From Bugula neritina (taxonomy: Eukaryota; Animalia; Bryozoa): a stretch of 64,000 nt of DNA. Made by a program: the position numbers and the translations under genes. The notes below the pieces were generated by a model that made no database searches, was not told the DNA's origin, and saw only the letters and a program-made list of their open reading frames with translations. The first letter of the stretch is position 1. Each line of letters opens with the position of its first letter. The stretch lies in contig OZ037767.1 in NCBI GenBank assembly GCA_964035545.1, positions 25,250,628 to 25,314,627 of the forward strand, read 5' to 3'. Positions 13,447 through 27,685 of this stretch are shown here, piece after piece.

Positions 13447-14927
13447 TGATCTAATTATAACTTAATTAAAAGCTATGCATTCATGTAGCCTATAGCACTT
13501 ATGGTTTATATTGTTTGTTGTTTGTTTATCTTGTAATTTAAATTTTAGAATATGAAAATTTGATATGGAAAGTTATTTTCATTTTTTCATTCATTCCTTT
13601 ATTTTTATTTTGTAAATTTATTACATGTGTGTAGAGTTTTATTATATTTGTTGTGAAAAAGTATAATGTGAATTGTGGAAAAATTATATAGTCTGTATTA
13701 TTATTTAAATAAATTTGTAGGAAAACTTGCAATGCAATACATTTTAAGAATAACTGGTACAAGAAAAATATAGTTGAGAATATTTTTTAACATAAGTTTC
13801 ATGGTCAGAGTCATAAGTTATAAAATGTGTGTGAAATCTTTTGCTATAAATTATAAAAACATTATTTTAAACTCTAACTGTCTTTTGGCTTCAATGTTTT
13901 CAGTAAAATCTACCTGACTTTAGATTTCTAAACACATGAAAATAAAAACTGCTGTGTGTCATTGTATTCACGAATTAAATTAGAATTTTTATATTTTATA
14001 AATTTACATATTTTATTTAATTTGTATTGTGTGAATTGTTTTTTATCATGCAGGCGTTTATGAATTGAGTCCACTGAAGCAATCTAATAAATTTACACAC
14101 AACAGACTTTCTCATGACAACTTTCCAAATTAAATGCTTTGTCATTAGAAAATAAATTCCGTTAAACCTAATTTAGAATTGAAAATACTTTAATTGAACA
14201 TTGTTTACTGAAAAATTTTGGTTTGGAAAGCGTGACCTCAAATCTGTTTAACAATTTTTTATGACAACTTTTTACGTTAATGTTTTTCTCATTCAATTAT
14301 TTTGTTAAACTTAAATTTGGTTAGCTTAAAATTAAAAATACCCAACTTGAAACTTAGTTAATAAAAATTTTGGTTTGGAAACAACATATGGTCTACAAAT
14401 GGTTGAGTCAAATAGATGTGTAGATGAAAGAACTGGCCAAGTTAGTCACACTTGGATTTGCTTGAATGGAATTTCCAACTTCTATTATGCTTTTTAGTTG
14501 AATGCATATACAATATTTCTTTTATATATTATACAGTTAATATAAGGTAAGATGGGACTAAACTAAAAACTTTAGGTTAAGGAAGTATTTCTCTCCCAGT
14601 ATTGGTTATGAGTAGTTCTTTTATTATTCCCAACAATAGAGAATTTAACACTCATGCATTCAACTTGATATTCCAGTGTAAATACATCAACTTAAGGCAT
14701 TTCAGTGTGAGTAATACGTCTTTGTAAATGTTTTCCTTTAATAAACACAAGTTCATACAAGTAAGCTGGCAAATGTGTTCCACTTAATGCTCTTAAACTC
14801 AATGAGTGAGTTATAACATAGTTATAACATGCTTTATAGGTTTCAGGGTTGGTTATATAAGAGAGGTTGGTCTGTTATATTGAAAAATAAAGATGAAATA
14901 CAACCCTTGCACCTCTCTGGCCTAGTA

Positions 14928-15875
14928 GGGAAAACCTGGGTGAGATGGACCATGCATGTTTTGCAGTATCCAAGGTTACCAGAAAGTTGAAAAGTGTCTT
15001 ATTGTTTAGAAATAAAAATATCTAACTTCTTGTCTACATATTTTAAACTTGTATCCTTGTCTTAGAAAATAAAGACACATTTTCTCTTTTTGCTCATTTT
15101 CTTATATAACTTTTCACAACTTTTGTGGATATATTTTTATTGAAAAAATTACCTGAAGTAAGGGACCTGCATCTACAGATAATGTGTGGAAGGTATGTAT
15201 AGATACCCGAATGGTATATATTATATTTGTCCACTCTCTGTCTGTAGGAATTCAAAATTCTTGGTGACATAATTTTTGGGTGATATGGACCACCACTCGG
15301 GGGGTGATATGGACCGTGGACCATATCACTCGGCAAATTGAATTTTTTTTTCATATACTTGTTTGGAGAAAAATAATACTATTTCTCAAGCATTTCAAAC
15401 AATGATGAAGCACTAAACCTCTAAATATTGATTAGACAACATTATAGCTAGTTGCTGTGGAATGTGTGCTTGAAATATTCATACCCATGCAATGTATTTT
15501 AGATGCCAAGATATTCTTTCAAAAATAATTGAAATGCTTGGAGTTAGGACGCACTAAAAGAAGCTGTTACACACTTATTTTAATCTATTGTTTTATGTTT
15601 CTTTTTATTATAGCAAAATGCATTTTCAACACAAAAAAGCTGACTTTATGTCACAGAGTCTGTGGTGGCCCATATCACCCGAAATTTCAAAAAATCATTG
15701 GGTGATATGGTCCACCAATTTTCAATTATAGCTCAGTCAAGCATCTGTATAGGAGCTTCAAATTGTGTTTGTATGTCAGTAGAAATAGCACCCACATGTT
15801 GAAATACTAATTTTCAATCAACCATAGTCAGTTTGGGCTGTGGGCTTAAGTGGCCCATATCACCCAGGTTTCTGC
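14928..15875. mobile_element. Non-autonomous TIR DNA transposon (TA-flanked, Tc1/mariner-like), copy 1
   Basis: TIRs gggaaaacctgggtgagatggacca and tggcccatatcacccaggtttctgc, flanked by TA. Internal repeats of GGGTGATATGGACCA in both orientations. No transposase ORF. Confidence 0.75.
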
Positions 15876-16481
15876 TAATTTACTCAACTGGCAGAACGTA
15901 ACATGAAAGCTTCATAATCATATTGACACTTCAAAGTATAATAATTATGTTGGTAATTCAGTAAGATTTCCTGCAGCTAATTGCATAATTTTACATATAG
16001 ACCGTCAGGTATGCGTTTAAAATTATTATATAAATTTGTGTTTGAAAATTGTGCTGCTTCTATCGATAGCCTTTCTAAAAAAAAATAAAAAAAAAAAGTA
16101 AACTTTAATTAGCTAACTAACAAGTGTTACATTCTTGGTCGCCAAAAGAGACTGCTGATATCGGCATTCTATTTTAGCCACCAAGAAAATCCAAGTTTTG
16201 TTTCCTTTAAAGTTTGTTTTTGACTGCAATAAGATTTTACAAAAAAATTCTATGCTGCATTCTAATATAGTTTCGAAGTTTAACAAGTTGGAATATTTCA
16301 TTTGTAAAATTTCGCCTTTAAGCATTTTACTGGCATTAGATCAGAGTTACTATTATTAACAGCTCTTTTGTTTTCACACAATAGTTTGAATTAAATTGTT
16401 TTGTAACAACCTGAATGAAATAAGTTTCAATGCAAACTCAGTGTTGTAAGGTGTTGAATTCACTCAGTTGTTAGTAAATTT

Positions 16482-16491
16482 GGGATTCCCC
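16482..16491. promoter_or_regulatory. Consensus kB site in the B1/A2 divergent intergenic region
   Basis: GGGATTCCCC; the duplicate unit has GGGATTTCCCC at 27133-27143. Confidence 0.45.
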
Positions 16492-17890
16492 GTAGTACTT
16501 ATATGCTAGTCTAGGTTTATTGAGTACAACATTTGAAGAAGTAACAAATTTTACATGCTTATAAATTTCGAAGGGAATATTTTAAATAGTATAAGTGTTC
16601 TTAGAAGTTATTTTAAATGATGATAAAGTTAATGGTATTTTTTATTGAGATTATTTTTAGGATGATTACTCAGGAAATGTTTTATCCAGATTTACAACTT
16701 AAAAAGAACCTGTGTACTCTCTTAAGTTAAATTATTACAAAGCAAGAAGTTAGTCACCAAAAACTCTACCAGCATTTTTATGTTTTCTCATTTTGTAAAG
16801 ATCATGTGAAACCCTGACTGTAAAAACTGTTTAGATTCAAACAGCATGATAAAATAATGGTGATAGTAATGCTAAAATGAGGGCAGCAACAAAATAATTT
16901 TATCTAGTAGGTTGAAGCAAATAATAAAAAACCATATAGGTTTGAAACCATAATTAGGCTGCTCTAATAATATATTCTCTTTTTAAGTCATTCATGTAAC
17001 AAATCTTCACATTCCTTATAAGAAGCAAGTGCACAGTGACCTTATAACAAGCTTCAGTAAATGTTCTTAAGGACATGAAAAACAAGATAGAAGTACTAAA
17101 ACTGTACTTCAAACATAGCAACTAAAAATCTTTGGAAACTCCATGAACTTTCAGATAAAATACATTAACATATTTTGTTAAAATGTGTTAATTTTTTATT
17201 TGATGCACTTTTTGTTGAATAAACTCAGTGAAAATTTTATATTATTCATTTCAATTCATTCCATCAATAATATATCAAGTAGAACAAAGTTCAATATTCA
17301 ATGGAATTATTACTGTGACACATATAATTATGAAAATAACAATCAATATGTAATACCAATAATCAAAAAATAAATAACACAACCAGGATAGTTTTAAAAC
17401 AGAACAAACGTACAACACATTAAAATGGATTTCAAATTTTCAAATAAACGTACACACTATTGAAACAAACGATAATGTTGCATAATTGAGTTAATTTATT
17501 ATTTAGGATATTATACTGTAATATTGATGTTGGTATAACTCAGCAGTGCAGTGAAGCTTTCAAGTTATTCAGTTTTATTTATTTACTAATCAGTGTAAAA
17601 TTGAATTAGTAGTTCCTTACCCAAAGTGATTGTAATACCAGATAAGATAATGATGGTTAAAAACCTACTTGGAAGTTCCTATTCCCTCAGATGTTAGGAA
17701 ATGTCTATTAGTAGCTCATCTTTTCAAAAGAGATAATAGTAAGTATTGTGTACCTTATTTCACAATAGTTGAGTTGAATTGGTATCTTCTTATATAAAAG
17801 AAAGAAAATATAAGCAGATATTTATATTCAATCTACAACTTCAACTTGAACATTCTTATTTCTAATATAGTTAGATAAATACTCATCATA

Positions 17891-19351
17891 ATGCAGGTAA
17901 GATACAGTGTTTGATTAGTTAAATGTTGTTTGAATGTACTAATTGTAATATAAATAGTTATAGTTGCAATAATGACATAATTTATTTAATATGTCGAATA
18001 GTATAGGCTTTAAATTTTTTATGTCATAGGCTAATTAAACCATTATTTTCAGTGAATCTGTTTATTTGTATGATTTAGGTAACTTCAAGAGTTCAATTTT
18101 GTGCTCTACTGATGGCTGTGCAAGGAATAGCTAGTTACGTTTCTGGGTCATCAGGTAATACTGGAAGAGCCCTGAAAAGAATATCAGATATTAATGATGA
18201 AGCCATGAAGCAGGCATTGATACTGGTACGTATATTCGTTATAAGTAAAAGTATAACTTTTGGTATTGGGATTTTATGTTATAGTACACTTTGCAATCAA
18301 AACCTTTTCATGAAATACAAGTTACAGTACTTGTACATATATATGAATAGCTTTGAAAGTTATAGTACTATTGTTATATTATTTAAATAAATTATTACAT
18401 CAAATATAGAAAATGAGTTTATATAGTACTCACTGAATGACAGGAAACATGTGTTGTAGCCTGATATGAGTAGCAGAGTTCAGTTATACAGCCATCTTGG
18501 AAACGGATTTCTGTATGTTCAACAGAAATCCAACAAAAATCAGGAGAAACCACTCAAAGCAAGAAATTCTGACTCTCACAAAACCAGTATGCTTTATGAT
18601 AACCTTTTTTATAGTTTCATATTTATATAATGTATATATAATTGTATATAATTGTACTAAACTGCATGCATAACCTCTACAATTTCTACCATACTATATT
18701 TTATTACCATACTATATTATTATATTATGGTGTTTTTATTTGCACTTGAATTCTTTTCGGTATATAATGTTGATTTGTACTTTTAGCATATTTATGGCGA
18801 TCTAGAAGTTCTAATGGAAAATCCTATCTTGTAACATTCATGACAAATGCTGGAGTAACCAACTATAATGGTAATTCACCTCTTCATCCAGATGGAGTTC
18901 TTGAGAGATTAGTCAGATCTCGAGACCGTCTGGTCGCTAAAGTAGGTGTTCTTCCATCACAGTAAACTGCTGAACTTCTAAGATTATGAAAAATACATCA
19001 CATCTCATATAGATGCATGTCTAATGTATATCAACCTATACTCTTATGTTGTAGAAGGTGGATATTGATGAAGCTGCACATTTTCTGGTTAAACGATTTT
19101 CTCCAGTTTGTAATGAGACTAAAGATTACTCATTAGAGAAACCTCTCCATGTTCAACTCATGCTCATAGATGTTGATAGTGAATATCATCAATCACTTCT
19201 ACAAGTTCAATTCAACACCAGGAATCAGTTAGAAGTGAAGTTTGTAAAACCTTCTGACCCAGATTGTCCCCCTCCTGGTCACAATGTTGTCACACCATCT
19301 GTACACCCTGGAACTCTCTTTACTATGCTATATGGACCTTGGATAGAGTAG
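17891..19351 (+). CDS. Secreted beta-trefoil-like protein, subtype A, copy A2
   Basis: Exons 17891-17896 (MQ), 18079-18225, 18460-18586, 18787-18941, 19055-19351; open frame, GT-AG. TATA at ~17791. Confidence 0.85.
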
Positions 19352-19944
19352 CTCATTGTCTTTGTTGCATGTTCTTTAAATAAAATAATCTCTAAGCTAC
19401 ATCATTAAAACATATTTTCTATAACAAATGATTATATTTTTATAACGTTTAAAATCTTACAATTTAGTTGTTATTTAATTATTTTCACTTCGTAAAATTA
19501 ATTGTAGTTATTATTTGAAATTTTTATTGTATGGTTCTAATTGTTAACAGTCATTTATATTCATAATATTACATTCACTTATAACTTTTGAATTTAATAA
19601 ATTAATTTCAAATTAGCTTAAATCTGTGTTCTGTGCACTAATATTAAATTTATTATTATTTGAGTCAGCTTGAATTTTCTCCAAAATGGGTCTGCCGCAA
19701 TTATAGGCTTACACGTAGTACAAATAGTTATATAATATCAATGTACTACAGTACAATCATCAAAATTACAAAAAAAAAATTTAGAAACAAGAATTATGTA
19801 AAGGAGACTTTAACATGGGTTGTAAGTGTCTTGCATCCTTTTACCTATTTATCTAAAACAAAATTTATAAATAAATAATACAGTAATATAAAATCAAAGA
19901 TGCTGCAAATTCTAAACCAGCACCCAAGGCTAAAGGCCAAGTAT

Positions 19945-20161
19945 AAACTCACGAAAGTTTATAGTCGCTATCCCTGTGAGAAACCCCTGTTGGAAAGGGT
20001 TTTTATTAGAACGGGCTAAGGACTTGTTTTAAATGAGGCACAGGAGCAATTATGACTGGATGCTTTTCCTAACATCACCAATGGCCTTTGTCTGGGCTCG
20101 AACCCATGACCTTCGTGTTTACTAGGCCTACGCTCTAACCCCTAGACCACGGCTGCTCCCT
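19945..20161 (-). mobile_element. tRNA-derived SINE with 16-bp target-site duplication
   Basis: TSD gctaaaggccaagtat at 19929-19944 and 20162-20177. Minus-strand head has A box TGGTCTAGGGG and B box GGTTCGAGCCC. Absent from the paralogous site at ~9381-9400. Confidence 0.88.
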
Positions 20162-22122
20162 GCTAAAGGCCAAGTATGCAGTGTATTAAAACTTCCAAGA
20201 TGTTACTGAAAATTGGTTAAATAACAATTAATATGCTACAATTAAGTTCACCCTATTTGAATTAGCATGTTTGTAATGAAAAATAGTTAGGTATAACAAA
20301 GCATTGATAGTAATATCACAAGTTAAGAATAGCTGTCAAATCCTCTATAGAAATTAAAATAAAAAATTCTCTCATAAAAAGCAAGTTTCTATATTATATT
20401 AAAATGCTGTTTGTTTAAATAACAAGAATGAAAGAGTTGCATTCAGGTAATAAACAAAAGCTGTCTTTCAATACTGACATAATGTTTAGGAAGTTAAATT
20501 GATAACTGAATAACTACTAAATAGTACAAAAAAATATATCATGATATATTTTAATCATATATTTGTAATATTTGAAAGATCCAAAATTAACTTTTACGGT
20601 TTTCTGGTGACTTTATCAATGCAAATGGAAGGTATAAAACTGAGTGAAGTTTTGAGAGCGACTTATATGAACAACAATATTTAACCTGGATCTAATAAGA
20701 TCAAAGGTTTATTAATGATGATAATTATTAAAATGGTTTGTTTCCTGATGCATCCATCACTGATAGTTACACAGTTTAAATATTTCAATTGTTTCAATAC
20801 ATACTCTGTTTTCGAGTAAGTGGCAGCATCACAACACCAAGTTCATTTAGGTCATTGCATGCAAGCATATCTTTGCTAAAAGAAAAAAATAATTGCATCG
20901 AAGATTTGTGTAATTTAATAACAACAAAGCCATAATTGCCATATGTGTACTAAGTACAATCAAAATATAAAAATATTCACTCATACAAAAAGTTTGAAAC
21001 TGACCTTCAACTTTAGGTCAAAGAGAAAGCTTAATTAAAACTCTGCATTCTATTTAGCACCGATTAAGCTATACTATAAAGATTATGCTGTTTAAACAAC
21101 CTACCTGGCTATATTAGAGGGAAATGTGAAACTATTAAACTTTGCAACTATTCAACATCCTAGTCTATGATGGCGTATATGACCATTTTAATAAAGTTGA
21201 AAAAACCTATCTATATATCATATCAGAACAAGCTCCAAGCTTAGTACCATGCAATCTAAACGGTTGCTTATTATGTTTACAATCCTTGATTGACAATATA
21301 GAAAAGCTATCTATAAGTTATAGAATATTTCATAGCTAACAGATAGATCTCCACATTTGATATAAACTTTGTAATTCTTTGTGTTAATTATTAGACATAG
21401 AAAAAATTACCATAATGTTATGGTGTTCTCGCTCATAAATTTTACTTTAGTAATTATTTATTTTACATTTATTTAGTTTTAGCAAAAAATTATGAGCACA
21501 GTAAAAATTTTAATATGTTTTTCAGTATTTTTAACGAGGCCTTATATTTTTTACACTTTTGATTCTATGTCTTTTCTAAGGTTGGCTTGACATCATGTTA
21601 ATATTTAAATTTTATTTCTTTCTAGCTTTCACAGGCACAAACAAGTCATGAGTGGTTTGGTGGGTGATGATTTTATCAATATTCAATAGCTGTTGAATAG
21701 TTGTATGGGTAATAAGAAAACAGAAGCTTAACTAAAATATATGTTATAGATGATAGCTCAACTTGGCACAATTCAAACTCAATATAAACTTCAATTGTAA
21801 ACCAGTTATAAGCCTCCAACAACCAAGAATTAAACATAGTGAGAGATTCCACTCCACCAATTATGTGATAGAAAGCAGTAAAAAACAGTTTATCCATAAA
21901 TATCAGCCTATGAAGCATGAAGAAAATAAATAAATATGTATTCATATGGTTCAGCAAAACATATTATTCAATAAATAATTTCAACCAAACACAAAAGTAA
22001 ATGTGAATAATAATATTATAGTGATATAACATAATTAATATATATAAAATAAAAGAATTTAAAACACACAACTTTGAATAATATAATAAGACTATGTCTT
22101 TGGATTTGGAAAACAATCTGAG

Positions 22123-23904
22123 TTACTCTATCCAAGGTCCATATAGCATAGTAAAGAGAGTTCCAGGATGTACAGATGGTGTGACAACATTGTGACCAGG
22201 AGGGGGACAATCTGGGTCTGAAGGTTTTACAAACTTCACTTCTAACTGATTCCTGGTGTTGAATTGAACTTGTAGAAGTGATTGATGATATTCACTATCA
22301 ACATCTATGAGCATGAGTTGAACATAGAGAGGTTTCTCTAAAGAGTAATCTTTAGTCTCATTACAAACTGGAGGAAATCGTTTAACCAGAAAATGTGCAG
22401 CTTCATCAATATCCACCTTCTACAACATAAGAGTATAGGTTGATATATTTTAGACATGCATCTATAATATGTGATGTGATGCATTTTTCATAATCTTAGA
22501 TGTTCAGCAGTTTATTGTGATATAAGAACACTTACTTTAGCGACCAGACGATCTCTGTATCTGACTAATCTCTCAAGAACTCCATCTGGATGAAGAGGTG
22601 AATTACCATTATAACTCTTTACCCCAGCATTAGTCATGAAAGTAACCAGGTTGTGTTTTTCTGGTGAACCTCTGGCTCGGTAAAGAAAACCTAATACGAT
22701 AAACACAAAAGAATATAATAAAGAAATACAGTCAGTTCTGTTATCATTTCTAGTGGACTAATCATATATAAATCAAATGTTTCTTTTATTACTTTGATGA
22801 CAATATATATATAATAAAAAGCATTAATATAATAATAATAAAATAATTTTTCTACAATAGCTCACTGCTTGCATGTGCAATATACTGAATTACATAATAA
22901 TCAAGTAATATAACAAAATAAACTCACTACTTGAAAGCGAATTTGATCTTCTCATTCTGATTAAACTGTTGACAGATCTTGTTGAAGGTACAGCGGAGAG
23001 GAAATTATTGGAGATATAACTGTGTAACTGAACTCTGCTACTCATGTCAGGCTGTAATGATTCAAGTTATGCATTTTATTTGTAACCAGTTGACTAGTTT
23101 AATATTTTGATACAATTTGATAAAGTGACGTACTAATTAAGCGACAGCATTTTAAATTTTTAAGACCACAACAGCTAACAATTATGTTTTAGTTATAGAA
23201 GTTACTAAGACATATAATTATTAGCTTACCAATGTGATCATCTGCTTGGCAACTTCTGCATTAATATCAGATGGTCTTCTTAGCTCATTGGCTGCACTTC
23301 GTTTGATTTGAGCTCCAGAAATGAAGGTAACCTGGAAAGCTTGTAGGGTAAAGAGAGAGAGGAAAACTCCGAGGACAGTTGTAGTCTAAAATTATGAATT
23401 AATTGTTAAAGAGTTGATTTATTATAGGAGCTAAAATCACCATAAAAATAATTGTGACCATTGAAATAAAAATTTGTTTTATGAAAACATGAATTGGTTA
23501 CTGTCTATGTAGCATTTGCGTAGACTAGCAATCAAATTATAGCAAATCATATAAGTTATTTCCGGAAGGTAAATTTGGATGTAGACTCCAATTTATCTTT
23601 TAGTATGAAAAATTTGTTTTAATATTTTAGTAGGATAATGAATAGCAAGTTTTTAATGCCAACTAAAATTTTTTTTAAAATAAGTCATATACAATATTTC
23701 GGAGGGTGGCAATTTTTGATCTTCAACAAATATATTATTGTATCATTTTATAGTTGACAATTAAAAATTAATAGCAGTTCAACAAGCTGCTTTTACAGTA
23801 AATGACCGAAAGAGTTAATTAAAAGTTAACTATTGTAAATGTAATACTTTAATCAATTAAATATATCTGCTTAAAACTCAATAAGTTATAATTCTCACCT
23901 TCAT
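22123..23904 (-). CDS. Secreted beta-trefoil-like protein, subtype B, copy B2
   Basis: Exons 23904-23899, 23385-23230, 23051-22928, 22690-22536, 22419-22123; intact. kB site GGGAATTTCC at 24098-24107. Confidence 0.85.
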
Positions 23905-25592
23905 TTTTATGAGTTTAGAATTCTAAAAAGGAATAATTTGAAATTTCTCTGAGTAGAATATGTTTATCCTGGTCAGATATTTTCTGGTAATGCTTGTTCT
24001 CCTAATTTCACTCAGTTTTATACCTTTCGTTTGTTTTGATAATGTCTCAACTAATATTTCACAATTAAAGAATGTTTTTAACTGTAAAATTTAATTTGGG
24101 AATTTCCAGATCTAATTATAACTTAATTAAAAGCTATGCATTCATGTAGCCTATAGCACTTATTGCTTATACTGCTTGTTGTTTCTTTATTGCGTAATCT
24201 AAATGTTAAAATATGAAAAATTGATATAAGAAATTACATTTTTTTATTCACTTTTTTTTCAATTCTGCAATTTTATTACATGTGTTTAGAGTTTTATTAT
24301 ATTTGTTGTGAAATAGTATAACATGAATTGGGAAAAAATATATAACCTGTATTGTTATATAAATAAATTTGTAGGAAAACTTGCAATGCAATATGTTTTA
24401 AGAATAAATATGGTAGGTACAAGAAAAATAGTTGAGATAATCTTTTTCAACATAAGTTTCATGGTGACAGTCATAAGTTATAAAATGCGTGTCATAGCAT
24501 TTGCTAGTAAAAACATTATTTTAAAATCAAACTGTCTTTTGGCTTCAATGTTTTTGATAATATCTACCTGACTTTAGATTTCCAAGCACATGACAATATA
24601 AATTATTGTGTGTCATTGCATTCACTAATTGAATTAGAATTTGTATATTTTCTAAATTTACCTATTTTATTTTTGTATTGTTTGAATTGTTCTTTATCAT
24701 CCAGACGTTTATGAAATGAGTCCACTGAAGCAATCTAGTGAATTTACACACAACAGATACTCTCATGACAATTTTCCACATTAATTGTTTTGTCATTAGA
24801 AAATTATTCTGTTAAACCCAGATTAGGTTAGTTTGAAATTAAATTTACTTAAATTAAAAATTTCTTACTGAAAAATTTCGGTTTGGAAACAACATGACCT
24901 CAAATCGGTTTTAAAAACTTTTTATGACAACTAATTTTTATGTTAACTTCTTCATCATTCAATCATTTTGCTAAAATTAAATCTGGTTAGATTATACTTC
25001 AAAACACCTAACTTGAAATTTAGATAATAGAAACTTTGGTTTGGAAACAACATATGACCTACAACCGGTTGAGTCAAATAGATGTGTAGATGGAAGAAGT
25101 GGCCAAGTTAGTCACACTTGGAGTTGCCTGAATGGAATTTCCAACTTCTATTATGCTTTTTAGTTGAATGCATATACAATATTTCTTTTATATATTATAC
25201 AGTTGATATAAGGTAAGATGGGAGTAAATTAAAAACTTTAGGTTAAGGAAGTATTTCTCTCCCTGTATATTGGTTATGAGTAGTTCTTTTATTATTCCCA
25301 ACAATAGAGAATTTAACAATCATTCAACTTGATATTCCAGTGTAAATACATTAACTTAATGTATTTCAGTGTGAGTAATACGTCATTGTAAATGTTTTCC
25401 TTTAACAAGCAAACGTTCATACAAATGAGCTGACAAATGTGTTCCACTTAATGTTCTTAAACTCAATGGGTGAGTTATAACATAGTTATAACATGCTTTA
25501 TAGGTTTCAGGGTTGGTTATATAAGAGAGGTTGGTCTTTTATATTGGAAAAATAAAGATGAAATACAACCCTTGCGCCTCTCTGGCCTAGTA

Positions 25593-26538
25593 GGGAAAAC
25601 CTGGGTGATATGGACCATGCATGTTTTGCAGTATCCAAGGTTACCAGAAAGTTGAAAAGTGTCTTATTGTTTAGAAATAAGAATATCTAACTTCCTGTCT
25701 ACATATTTTAAACTTGTATCCTTGTCTTAGAAAATAAAGACACATTTTCTCTTTTTGCTCATTTTTTTTATAACTTTTCACAACTTTTGTGGATATATTT
25801 TTATTGAAAAAAATTACCTGAAGTAAGGGGCCTGTATCTACAGATAATGTGTGGAAGGTATGAATAAATACCCGAATGGTATATACTATACTTGTCCACT
25901 CTCTGTAGGAATTCAAAATTTTTGGTGACATAATTTTTGGGTGATATGGACCGCCACTTGGGGGGTGATATGGACCGTGGACCATATCACTTGGCAAATT
26001 GAATTTTTCTTTTCATATACTTGTTTGGTGAAAAATAATACCTTTTCTCAGGTATTTTAAACAATGATGAAGCAATAAACCTCTAAATATTGATTAGACA
26101 ACATTATAGCCAGTTGCTGTGGAATGTGTGCTTGAAATATTCATACCCATGCAATGTATTTTAGATGCCAAGATATTCTTTCAAAAATATTTGAAATGCT
26201 TGGAGTTAGGACGCACTAAAAGAAGCTGTTACACACTTATTTTAAATCTTTTGTTTTATGCTACTTTTCAATATAGCAAAATGCATTTTCAACACAAAAA
26301 AGCTGACTTTATGTCGCGGAGTCTGTGGTGGCCCATATCACCCGAAATTTCAAAAAATCTTTGGGTGATATGGTCCACCAATTTTCAATTATAGCTCAGT
26401 CAAGTATCTGTATAGGAGCTTCAAATTCTGTTTGTATGTCAGTAGAGATAGCACCCACATGTTGAAATACTAATTTTCAATCAACCATAGTCAGTCTGGG
26501 CTGTGGATTTAAGTGGCTCATATCACCCAGGTTTCCGC
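25593..26538. mobile_element. Non-autonomous TIR DNA transposon, copy 2 (duplicated with the segment)
   Basis: Same TIRs, TA flanks and flanking DNA as 14928-15875. Confidence 0.75.
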
Positions 26539-27633
26539 TAATTTACTCAACTGGCAGGACGTAACATGAAAGCTACATAATCATATTGACACTTCAAAGT
26601 ATAATATATGTAAGATTTCCTGCAGCTGTTGTATATGTATACATATAGACCGTCAGGTATGCGTTTAAAATTATTATATAAATTTGTGTTTGAAAATTGT
26701 GCTGCTTCTATCGATAGATTTTCTATAATGAAATAAAAAAAAAAGTAAACTTTAATTAACTAACTAACAAGTGTTACATTCTTGGTTGTTAAAAGAGGAT
26801 TTTGATATCAGCATCCTATTTTAGCGACCGTGAAAAACCAAGTTTTGTTTCCTTTAAAGTTTGTTTTTGGCTGCATTAAAATTTTACAAAAAAATTCTAT
26901 GCTGCATTCTAATATAGTTTCGAAGTATAACAAGTTGGAATATTTCATTTGTAAAATTTGGCCATTAAGCATTTTACTGGCATTAGATCAGAGTTACTAT
27001 TATTAACAGCTCCTTTGTTTTCACACAATAGTTTGAATTAGATTGTTTTGTAACAATTAACCTGAATGAAATAAGTTTCAATGCAAACTCAGTGTTGTAA
27101 GGTGTTGAATTCACTCAGTTGTTAGTAAATTTGGGATTTCCCCGTAGTACTTATATGCTAGTCTAGGTTTATTGAGTACAACATTTGAAGAAGTAACAAA
27201 TTTTACATGCTTATAAATTTTGAAGGGAATATTTTAGATAGTATAAGTGTTCTCAGAAGTTATTTAAATGATGATAAAATTAATAGTATTTTTATTGAGA
27301 TTATTTTTAGGATGATTACTCAGGAAATGTTTTATCCAGATTTACAATTTGGAAATAACCTGTGTACTTACTCTCTTAAGTTAAATTATTACAAAGCAAG
27401 AAGTTAGTCACCAAAAACGCTAACAAAAATTCTAGCAGAAATTTTATGCACTCTAATTAATTAGTACGTACTAAATAAAGATGTGAAACCCTAATCAAGG
27501 ACTGCTGAGTTCCAATACAGCCTGATAAAATAATGGTGATGGTAATGCAAAAGATATGTGCAGCTTAACTTAAATTTCAATTCATTCCACCAATAATATT
27601 GAACAAAATTTAATATCCAATGCATTTATTAGA

Positions 27634-27636
<3 letters not shown>

Positions 27637-27681
<45 letters not shown>
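27637..27681. repeat. (TA)n microsatellite
   Basis: ~22 TA units; not expanded at the paralogous site (~17320). Confidence 0.95.

Positions 27682-27685
<4 letters not shown>

Noticed and set aside
20080-20161. tRNA gene
   Set aside because: A and B boxes are present but there is no acceptor stem; it is the head of a TSD-flanked SINE.
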